Positions 1 to 7,318 of a DNA stretch of 64,000 bases are shown here, piece after piece. The DNA is from an uncultured Rubellimicrobium sp. GTDB lineage: Bacteria; Pseudomonadota; Alphaproteobacteria; Rhodobacterales; Rhodobacteraceae. Position 1 is the first letter of the stretch. Every line of letters starts with the position of its first letter. The stretch is from NCBI GenBank assembly GCA_964540965.1, contig CAZIOT010000009.1, positions 38,642 to 102,641 on the forward strand, read 5' to 3'. The notes under the pieces are model-generated. The model saw only the letters and a program-made list of their open reading frames with translations. It searched no databases and was not told the origin of the DNA. Both the position numbers and the translations under genes were made by a program.

Positions 1-1
1 C

Positions 2-589
2 CAGCTTGGGCTTGGCGTGCGGCCGACCGCGGTGTCGGTCCTGCTGGGGCAGGGGGCGCTGGCGCAGACCGGCGGCGATCTTGACATCGCCATCGAGGGG
101 CAGGGCTATATCGAGGTGACGATGCCCGATGGCCGCGCCGCCTATACCCGCGACGGCGCGCTCAAGTTGACCGGCGACGGGCTGATCGTGACCAATGACG
201 GCTATGCGGTGGCGCCGCAGATCACCGTGCCCTCGGATGCGCGCTCCATCGACATCAACCCCGATGGCGAGGTCTATGCCAATTTCGCCGACCGGGTCGA
301 ACCCGAATTCCTGGGCCAGCTTACCCTGTCGGGTTTCACCAACCCCAAGGGGCTCGAGGCCATCGGGTCGAACCTGTTTCTGGAAACCGGTGCCTCGGGG
401 CCGGCGCTGGTGTCGACGCCGGGGCTCGATGGCCTTGGCGTGGTCCGGCAGGGCTATCTCGAGGATTCCACCGTCGATCCGGTGAAGGAAGTCACCGACC
501 TGATCGAGGCGCAGCGCGGCTACGAGCTGAATTCCAAGGTGATTTCCGCGGCCGACCAGATGCTGGGCGCCATGGTGGCGATGCGATGA
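2..589 (+). CDS. flgG: Flagellar distal rod protein FlgG, C-terminal part (5' end is off the window)
   Basis: Conserved rod-protein C-terminus (DSTVDPVKEVTDLIEAQRGYELNSKVI). The ORF is open to the window edge and is followed by flgA-flgH. Confidence 0.9.
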   Translation, partial: QLGLGVRPTAVSVLLGQGALAQTGGDLDIAIEGQGYIEVTMPDGRAAYTRDGALKLTGDGLIVTNDGYAVAPQITVPSDARSIDINPDGEVYANFADRVEPEFLGQLTLSGFTNPKGLEAIGSNLFLETGASGPALVSTPGLDGLGVVRQGYLEDSTVDPVKEVTDLIEAQRGYELNSKVISAADQMLGAMVAMR

Positions 590-1002
590 TCCGGCTTGCC
601 CTCTGCCTTGCCGCGCTGGCGGCCCCTGCCGCCGCCGATGTGGTGGTCGCCGCCCGCACCATCCCGGCGCGCAGCATCATCGCGCCCGAAGATCTGCTCA
701 TCCGCGACATGGAGGTGCCCGGTGCCGTCGACGACCCGGCGCTTGTCGTCGGCATGGAGGCGCGGGTGGCGCTGTATGCCAACCGGCCGATCCGGCCCGG
801 CGATGTCGGATTCCCGGCAATCGTCGAGCGTAACCAGCTGATTCCGCTGATCTATCAGGCGGGAAGCCTGACCATCACCGCCGATGGCCGCGCGCTGGAC
901 CGCGCCGGGCCGGGCGATGCGATCCGGGTGATGAACCTGGGGTCGCGCAGCACCGTGACCGCGGTGATCGGCACCGATGGCGCCGGCCATGTGAACAACT
1001 GA
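586..1002 (+). CDS. flgA: Flagellar P-ring assembly chaperone FlgA
   Basis: 138 aa with an N-terminal signal peptide and a FlgA/SAF-like C-terminus (GDAIRVMNLGSRSTVTAVI). ATGA overlap with flgG; position between flgG and flgH. Confidence 0.8.
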   Translation: MIRLALCLAALAAPAAADVVVAARTIPARSIIAPEDLLIRDMEVPGAVDDPALVVGMEARVALYANRPIRPGDVGFPAIVERNQLIPLIYQAGSLTITADGRALDRAGPGDAIRVMNLGSRSTVTAVIGTDGAGHVNN

Positions 1003-1012
1003 AGGACCGTCG

Positions 1013-1726
1013 ATGCGCCTTGCCCCCCTTGCCCTGCCGCTGATCCTGATCGCCTGCGGCCCGACCGGCCGCCTGGGCGGCACGCCCGAATTCTCGCCGC
1101 AGGCGATGACGGACGAACACCAGGCGATGATGTCGCCCGGCATGCCCTATGACATCGACCCCCTGCCGACCCGGGCCGAGGTGCAGACCGCCTCGCTCTG
1201 GACCGGCGAGCGGGGGTCGCTTCTGGGCGACAACCGCGCCATCCGCCGTGGCGACATCCTGACCGTGGTGATCGAGATCGACGACAGCGCCTCGATTTCC
1301 AACGCGACCGACACCTCGCGCACCGGCAGCCAGGAGATGGGGGTCGAGGCCCTGTTCGGGGCGGAACTCGATGCCGGGATCCCGCTGGCGCCGGCCGTGG
1401 CGCTCGATTCGAACGGGCGATTTGCCGGCGACGGATCGGTGCAGCGCAACGAACAGCTGACATTGCGGGTCGCAGCCACGGTTGTCGATGTGCTGCCGAA
1501 CGGCGTCCTGCAGATTTCGGGCCAGCAGGAGGTGCGGGTCAACGACGAGCTGCGCGAACTTCTGGTGTCGGGCTATGTCCGGCCGGCCGACATCTCGCGC
1601 CAGAACGAGGTGAACTATGACAAGATCGCCGCCGCGCGGATTTCCTACGGCGGCCGCGGCCAGATCACCGAGGCGCAGAATGCCCGCTGGGGCCAGCAGG
1701 CGCTTGACCATGTGCTGCCGTTCTAG
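1013..1726 (+). CDS. flgH: Flagellar L-ring lipoprotein FlgH
   Basis: Lipobox LILIAC. FlgH-type motifs (SLW..GDNRA..GDILTV; ISYGGRGQ). Confidence 0.9.
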   Translation: MRLAPLALPLILIACGPTGRLGGTPEFSPQAMTDEHQAMMSPGMPYDIDPLPTRAEVQTASLWTGERGSLLGDNRAIRRGDILTVVIEIDDSASISNATDTSRTGSQEMGVEALFGAELDAGIPLAPAVALDSNGRFAGDGSVQRNEQLTLRVAATVVDVLPNGVLQISGQQEVRVNDELRELLVSGYVRPADISRQNEVNYDKIAAARISYGGRGQITEAQNARWGQQALDHVLPF

Positions 1727-1735
1727 GGGGTTGCG

Positions 1736-2293
1736 ATGAAAGCGATGATCCTGCCGCTGATCCTGTTCATCGTCGGTGCCGGCGGCGGTGTCGGTGCGGC
1801 GATGTTCCTGGCCCCGTCCCCTGCCGCGGACGAGGCCGCGGGTCACGAAACGGCGCCAGAGCAGGCCGCTGCGGCCGGAGAGGCCCACGGCGAAACCGGC
1901 GAGGCGGCGCATGAGGAGGCCGCGCCCGCTGCCGCCCCTGCTGCCGACGACCATGGCGAGTCGAGCGGCGGGCCGGAATATGCCCGGCTGAACAACCAGT
2001 TCATCGTGCCTGTCGTGCAGGGCGGCGATGTGGTGGCGATGGTGGTGCTGACCCTAAGTCTCGAGGTCGCCCCCGGGCAGCAGGAAACCGTGCTGGCGCG
2101 TGAGCCGCGGCTGCGCGATTCCTTTCTTCAGGTCCTGTTCGACCATTCCAACACCGGCGGGTTCGAAGGCATGTTCACCGCAGCCTCGAACATGCGGGTG
2201 CTGCGGAACAGCCTGCGCGCCGCGGCGCAGCAGGTGCTGGGCGGGATCGTCACCGATGTCCTGATCATCGACATCGTGCGTCAGGACGTGTGA
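1736..2293 (+). CDS. FliL-like basal-body-associated protein (paralog 1, with a His/acidic linker)
   Basis: Single N-terminal TM helix and a FliL-like C-domain (NNQFIVPVV..VVLTLSLEV..LRDSFLQVL). The position after flgH matches rhizobial flgH-fliL order. Confidence 0.65.
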   Translation: MKAMILPLILFIVGAGGGVGAAMFLAPSPAADEAAGHETAPEQAAAAGEAHGETGEAAHEEAAPAAAPAADDHGESSGGPEYARLNNQFIVPVVQGGDVVAMVVLTLSLEVAPGQQETVLAREPRLRDSFLQVLFDHSNTGGFEGMFTAASNMRVLRNSLRAAAQQVLGGIVTDVLIIDIVRQDV

Positions 2294-2686
2294 TCACCAG
2301 CCGCGCTCGGCCCGACCTTCCCGTTCCGCCGCAAGCCTGGCCCGCATCTCGCGGGCCAGTTCGCTTGCGACCTCGCTGCGGCCATGGTCGCGGGCCAGCC
2401 GGCGCCGCGCCTCGTCGATCCGGGCAAGCAGTCGGGCGAGTTCGCCGTTCAGTGCCCGCCGGCGGTTGTCGACCCAGCGTTCCCAGCGCAGGTCGGCGCC
2501 GGCGCGCAGCGCCGCATCCTCGGCGGTGACGCTGGCGGCGCGGGCGTGAACGCTGCCCTCAAGCTCGGCCAGCCGCGCGCGCAGCGTGGCTTCTTCGGCG
2601 CGCAGGGCGCCAAGCTGTGCCTCGGCCGCAGCGCGGATCGCCGCAGTCATCGCGACCAGCCCCTCCATCTCGCGTCGGCCGGTCAT
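2294..2686 (-). CDS. Coiled-coil hypothetical protein translationally coupled to flhB (possible FliJ-like export component)
   Basis: 130 aa, Ala/Arg/Glu/Leu-rich heptad-like sequence. ATGA overlap with the flhB stop (2683-2686). No recognisable motif. Confidence 0.5.
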   Translation of the reverse strand: MTGRREMEGLVAMTAAIRAAAEAQLGALRAEEATLRARLAELEGSVHARAASVTAEDAALRAGADLRWERWVDNRRRALNGELARLLARIDEARRRLARDHGRSEVASELAREMRARLAAEREGRAERGW

Positions 2687-3762
2687 GCGCGCGCCCCGTC
2701 ACGGATGCGTTCGGCAAAGCGGATGGCGGCGGCGACGGCGCGGTAATGGCGGCGGTCGATTTCCTGTCCGACCGGGACTTCGGCATGGATGGCGCGGGCG
2801 GTGGGCGGGTCGGACTGGATCGGCACGCCGTTTTCGGCCGCGATCTCGCGGATGCGGGCGGCGATCTCGTCCATGCCCTTGGCGACGCAGACCGGCGCGC
2901 GGCCGCCGGCGCGGTCCCAGGCCAGCGCCACGGCGTAATGCGTCGGGTTGACGATCACCACCTCGGCCTCGACTACGGCCTTGCGCAGGGGGGCGGTGGC
3001 GATGGCGACCGCGCGGGCGCGGCGCTGCTGCTTCAGCGCGGGATCGCCCTCGCTTTCCTTCATCTCATCGATGACTTCCTGCCGGGTCATGCGGTTGCGG
3101 CGCCGGAACGAGGCCTGCTGCCACAGCACATCCGCCACCGCAAAGATGCAGGCGACGACGATGACGCGGGTGACAAGGCCGAGGAGGAGATTGCCGAGAA
3201 CCGTCGCCCCCGGCCCCGGCTCAAGCGACGCGCTCGCCACGATCTGGTCGAGGCGGGCAAGGGTATACTGCGCCAGAACGATGCCCAGCACGGTCAGCTT
3301 GGCGAGCGATTTCAGGAACTCGACCATGCCCTGCGTGCCGAATTTCTGCTTTGCCGTCGACAGGGGCGAGATGCGCGACAGTTTCGGCGCGAGCCGCGAC
3401 GGGGTGAAGGCCGGCGCGCCCTGCGCCAGCAGGGCAAGCAGCGCGAGGGCGGCCGGAATGCCGAACCACGGCGCCATTCCGGCCGCGACCTGCATCAGCC
3501 ACGGCCCCAGCACCGGCGCCGGCGACCCGGACAGCGCGGTTTCGGCCAGCCCGTCGGCGCGCGACAGCATGCTGGTCAGCACCGCGCCGACCGAGACGAG
3601 CGCGCCGCCGCCAAGGGTCATCGCGGCAAGGCCGAAGCCCAGATAGACGGCCGCCGTGGTGGCATCGGTCGAGAGCGGCCGGTCACCGCGCTTGCGCGCC
3701 TCGTCCAGCTTGTGTTCGGTCGCTGCATGGGATTTCTCGCCGCCCTCGGCGCTGTCGCTCAT
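2683..3762 (-). CDS. flhB: Flagellar export apparatus protein FlhB
   Basis: Starts at MSDSAEGGEKSHAATEHKLDEARKRG (typical FlhB N-terminus). Has four TM segments and the NPTH autocleavage motif (IVNPTHYAVAL). The 602-aa ORF in the track is an N-terminal over-extension through fliR. Confidence 0.9.
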   Translation of the reverse strand: MSDSAEGGEKSHAATEHKLDEARKRGDRPLSTDATTAAVYLGFGLAAMTLGGGALVSVGAVLTSMLSRADGLAETALSGSPAPVLGPWLMQVAAGMAPWFGIPAALALLALLAQGAPAFTPSRLAPKLSRISPLSTAKQKFGTQGMVEFLKSLAKLTVLGIVLAQYTLARLDQIVASASLEPGPGATVLGNLLLGLVTRVIVVACIFAVADVLWQQASFRRRNRMTRQEVIDEMKESEGDPALKQQRRARAVAIATAPLRKAVVEAEVVIVNPTHYAVALAWDRAGGRAPVCVAKGMDEIAARIREIAAENGVPIQSDPPTARAIHAEVPVGQEIDRRHYRAVAAAIRFAERIRDGARA

Positions 3763-4538
3763 CGCGTGCCCCCGAACGGATCGGCCAGCACGACATCCAG
3801 CGCGCCGGTCCACAGTTGCAGCAGCACGGGCGCCGCCAGAAGCAGAAGCGCCAGCGCGCCGCCGGTCAGGGCCGGGGCGCCGATGAAGGTGACCATGAGC
3901 TGCGGCATGGCTCGGTTGATCGCGCCGAGCAGCAGGTTGTAGAGCAGCGCCGCGATGACGAAGGGCAGGGCGAACGAGAAGGCCAGCGCGAAACTGCGGG
4001 CCACGGCGCCAATCCCGGCCTGGGCCAGGGTGCCGGCATCGGGCAGGGTGCCGGCCGGGATCAGGGCATAGCCGTCGATCAGGAACAGGGCCAGCCGCAC
4101 ATGCAGCCCGCCGCTGGCAGCAAGCGCGAGGCCACCCAGCACCAGGAGATGCCCCACCGCCGGCGCCGGTTCGGCGGCAACGCCGCCACCGGCAATCTGC
4201 GCCAGCGAGATCGACTGCGCGGCGATGCTGCCGGCGGTCTGCAAGGCCATCACCATCAGGCGCAGGACTATGCCGAAGGTCAGGCCGGCAATCACCTCGG
4301 CGCCGCAGATGCGCAGGACCGCGAGCGGACCGGAGGGAGGGGGCACGAGCGGCGCCACCGCGGGCAGCACGGCCAGGGCAAAGGCCAGCGCCACCGCCAG
4401 CCGCACCCGCGCCGGCACCGTCTGTTCGCCAAAGGCCGGGGCGAGCGCCGCCACCGCGCCGACCCGCAGAAAGACGACAAGGCCGGACCACAGCCAGGGC
4501 CCGGCCAGATCTGACAGAGCCGTCAGCACCGGGATCAT
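3759..4538 (-). CDS. fliR: Flagellar export apparatus protein FliR
   Basis: 259-aa polytopic membrane protein starting MIPVLTALSDL. ATGA overlaps with the flhA stop and the flhB start. Confidence 0.85.
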   Translation of the reverse strand: MIPVLTALSDLAGPWLWSGLVVFLRVGAVAALAPAFGEQTVPARVRLAVALAFALAVLPAVAPLVPPPSGPLAVLRICGAEVIAGLTFGIVLRLMVMALQTAGSIAAQSISLAQIAGGGVAAEPAPAVGHLLVLGGLALAASGGLHVRLALFLIDGYALIPAGTLPDAGTLAQAGIGAVARSFALAFSFALPFVIAALLYNLLLGAINRAMPQLMVTFIGAPALTGGALALLLLAAPVLLQLWTGALDVVLADPFGGTR

Positions 4539-6616
4539 GCGGCGACCACGCCGACCAGCGCGGGGCGGGCGTCGATGCCGATCTCCTCGAACGACAGCAC
4601 CGGGTTCGGGATGCCCTTGGCCGCCATCACCGTGCGCAGGAACCGCCGCCGCCGGCCCGAGGTGACCACCGCCGGATAGATGCCGTTTTCCGACACGCGC
4701 GCCAGACGGTCGGCGATCGCACCGGCAAGGCGGGTGAATTCGTCGGGCGGCAGCGCGACATCGGTGCCGCCGCGGTCGCCGGCGATCTGGTAGGACTGGA
4801 AGGTTTCCTCCCATTCCGGGGCCAGCTGCACCAGCGGGATGGTGCCGTCGGGGCGCCGAAGCTCTCCGACCAGCTGGAAACCCAGGCTGCGGCGGACATG
4901 TTCGGCGATGGCATCGGCGGCATTCGACACCTGCCGCCCCTCGGCGATGGATTCGAGGATCAGCGGCAGGTTGCGGATCGACACCCGTTCCTCGAGCAAC
5001 AGCCGCAAGACCGACAGCAGCAGGTCCACCGGCACCCGGTCGGGGATCAGTTCGTCAAGCATGCGGCGGTTGACCTCGGCCCGGCTCTTGTCGGTCAGGT
5101 TCACCATCTCGTCGAGCAGGCGGCGCAGCGCCTTGAGCGTGAGCAGCCGCGGAAAGTTGCGCTTGACCACCTCGAGCAGGTGGGTGGCCAGGACCTCGGC
5201 CGGCCAGACGGTGGTCAGGCCGGACAGGGCGGCCGAATCCTGATCGGCGGGGGAAATCCAGCGGGCGTTGGCGCCATAGACGGGTTCGCGCACGTCCTCG
5301 CCCGGAGGGGCGGCGCCGTGCCCCGAAAGCAGCGTCAAAAGACGGCCGGGGCGCAGGCTGTCGCGCGCCTGTTCGACGCCATGGATGCGGATGACATAGG
5401 TTGCGGGCGGCAGGCCGGGATTGTCGGTCAGCCGGATGTCGGGCAGGAGCAGGCCATAGGCGGTCGCCACATGGTTGCGCATCGAGGCGATCCGCGCATC
5501 GAGCCCGTTGGCGGGATCCAGGACCATGTCGACCAGATCGGGCGAGAACTCGACATGGATGTCGTCGAGATCGAGCAGGTCGCCCATCGAGGCGCGGGGC
5601 GGCGGCGCGATGGGGCCGGCGGCCACGGGCGGCCTGATCGCCGCCTGCCGCCGCCGTTCCGCGAACCAGGCCGAGGCGCCCAGAACCGCAGCGCCGCTGA
5701 CGAAGGGCAGGAAGGGCAGGCCCGGCACCACGGCAAAGACCAGCATCAGGAGCGCAACGGTGGCAAGCGCGGCGGGATGGCGCGAAAGCTGTCCGACAAG
5801 GGCCGCATCCGACGATCCGCTTTGCCCGCCGCGCGACAGCAAGAGCGCGGATCCGACCGAGATGATGACGGCGGGGATCTGGCTGGTAAGGCCGTCACCC
5901 ACCGTCAGGATTGCATAGGTTTCAAAGGCTTGCGTAACCGGCAAGCCATGCACGACCGTGCCGACGATCAGCCCGACCACCAGGTTCAGCCCGGTGATGA
6001 GCAGCCCGGCGACGGCATCTCCCTTGACGAATTTCGAGGCGCCGTCGAGCGAGCCGTAGAAGGTCGTCTCGGCCTGTTCGCGTTCGCGCCGCGCCCGCGC
6101 TTCGGCATGGTCGATGGCGCCCGAGGCGAGGTCGGCGTCGATGGCCAGCTGCTTGCCCGGCATGGCGTCCAGCGCGAAACGGGCCCCGACCTCGGCCATG
6201 CGCGCGGCGCCCTTGTTGATGACGACGAAGTTGACGATCAGCAGCACGCCGAACACCACGAGCCCGATCAGCACCGACCCGCCCATGACGAAGCTGGCAA
6301 AGCCCTCGATCACCTCGCCCGCGGCATGGGTGCCGGTATGGCCCTGGCTGATGATGAGCTTGGTCGAGGATACGTTCAGCGACAGCCGCAGCATCAGCGA
6401 GGCCAGAAGCACGGTCGGGAAGGACGAGAAATCGAGCGGCCGTTCGACGAACAGCGTGACGGTGAAGATCAGGATGGCCAGCGCGAAGGAGGCGGCAAGG
6501 CCGATGTCGAGCACCACCGCCGGCATCGGCAGGATCATCATCACGATCACCGCCATGAGGGCGAGCGCGAAGATGATCGTCGGCTGGAACAGGCTGCGGA
6601 GCGACAGGGTGGGCAT
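4535..6616 (-). CDS. flhA: Flagellar export apparatus protein FlhA
   Basis: FHIPEP-family sequence throughout (GARFALDAMPGKQLAIDADL, KFVKGDAVAGL). ATG at 6616 is preferred over the in-frame TTG at 6637. Confidence 0.95.
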   Translation of the reverse strand: MPTLSLRSLFQPTIIFALALMAVIVMMILPMPAVVLDIGLAASFALAILIFTVTLFVERPLDFSSFPTVLLASLMLRLSLNVSSTKLIISQGHTGTHAAGEVIEGFASFVMGGSVLIGLVVFGVLLIVNFVVINKGAARMAEVGARFALDAMPGKQLAIDADLASGAIDHAEARARREREQAETTFYGSLDGASKFVKGDAVAGLLITGLNLVVGLIVGTVVHGLPVTQAFETYAILTVGDGLTSQIPAVIISVGSALLLSRGGQSGSSDAALVGQLSRHPAALATVALLMLVFAVVPGLPFLPFVSGAAVLGASAWFAERRRQAAIRPPVAAGPIAPPPRASMGDLLDLDDIHVEFSPDLVDMVLDPANGLDARIASMRNHVATAYGLLLPDIRLTDNPGLPPATYVIRIHGVEQARDSLRPGRLLTLLSGHGAAPPGEDVREPVYGANARWISPADQDSAALSGLTTVWPAEVLATHLLEVVKRNFPRLLTLKALRRLLDEMVNLTDKSRAEVNRRMLDELIPDRVPVDLLLSVLRLLLEERVSIRNLPLILESIAEGRQVSNAADAIAEHVRRSLGFQLVGELRRPDGTIPLVQLAPEWEETFQSYQIAGDRGGTDVALPPDEFTRLAGAIADRLARVSENGIYPAVVTSGRRRRFLRTVMAAKGIPNPVLSFEEIGIDARPALVGVVAA

Positions 6617-6620
6617 CGGG

Positions 6621-7262
6621 TCAGCCTTCGTTGCCAAGCGGCACCAGCGAGCCGATGGCGCGCGGGCCCTCGGTCGGCTGGAGCAGCGGGAATGGGTTCT
6701 CGCGGATCACCGCGACTTCGACGGGGGCCGCCGCCTCGCCCCCGGCGGCAGCGAGAAGCGCATCGAACCTTTCACGGTAGCGGTCGGCATGGACCTCGGT
6801 CCGCGAATGATAGGCGCCGGCGGCAACCGACCAGTCGCCGCTTTCGGCATGAAGCTGCGCCAGGAAACGGGCGGCATAAAGTGCGTTCTGTTCGGGGTCG
6901 AGCATGGCGTCGAGCGAAGCGAAACCCTCGCCATGCCAGCGGTAGTTCAACTGGAAACAGCCAAGGTCAAAGCTGGTGCGCCCGGCGGCCAGCGCGCCTT
7001 CGGCATACGTCTGCGCCTCGGCCCGGCTGTCGAACCAGGCGCCGTCGCCCGAATCGTTGATCGTCCAGGGCCAGGGCTGGATGCTTCCGCCGCGGTTACG
7101 GCCGGTTTCAGTCTGGCTGATGGCCAGAAGCACCGCATAGGGCACGCCGGTCCGTTCGGCGGCAAGGCGCGCGGCGTCAAGGCAAAGCGTTTCCGCCCCG
7201 GCAAGGGCAGGGCTAGCGGCGAGTGTCGCAAGGACGAGGGGAATCAGTCGGGTCATGCGCAT
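6621..7262 (-). CDS. Secreted lytic transglycosylase (SLT domain), flagellar SltF-like
   Basis: Signal peptide and an SLT catalytic region (LLAISQTETG). Embedded in the flagellar operon 4 nt upstream of flhA. Confidence 0.8.
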   Translation of the reverse strand: MRMTRLIPLVLATLAASPALAGAETLCLDAARLAAERTGVPYAVLLAISQTETGRNRGGSIQPWPWTINDSGDGAWFDSRAEAQTYAEGALAAGRTSFDLGCFQLNYRWHGEGFASLDAMLDPEQNALYAARFLAQLHAESGDWSVAAGAYHSRTEVHADRYRERFDALLAAAGGEAAAPVEVAVIRENPFPLLQPTEGPRAIGSLVPLGNEG

Positions 7263-7318
7263 TCTGCGGTTCTCTCGCCCCAGTCTGGACGGTGGCGGGT
7301 TGCGATCCGGTTAACCGG

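Noticed and set aside
2683-4491. 602-aa ORF read as a long FlhB
   Set aside because: The N-terminal ~243 residues are Arg/Gly/Pro-rich and overlap fliR in another frame. The canonical FlhB N-terminus begins at the ATG at 3762, which overlaps the fliR stop.
4898-7060. 720-aa plus-strand ORF; similar cases at 875-1954(-), 32514-35750(+), 57216-59918(-), 42225-43538(-) and 9511-11421(+)
   Set aside because: All are antisense to genes with strong family signatures (FlhA, FlgH, RND pump, GH2, epimerase, MotA) and have low-complexity Arg/Gly/Asp/His composition.
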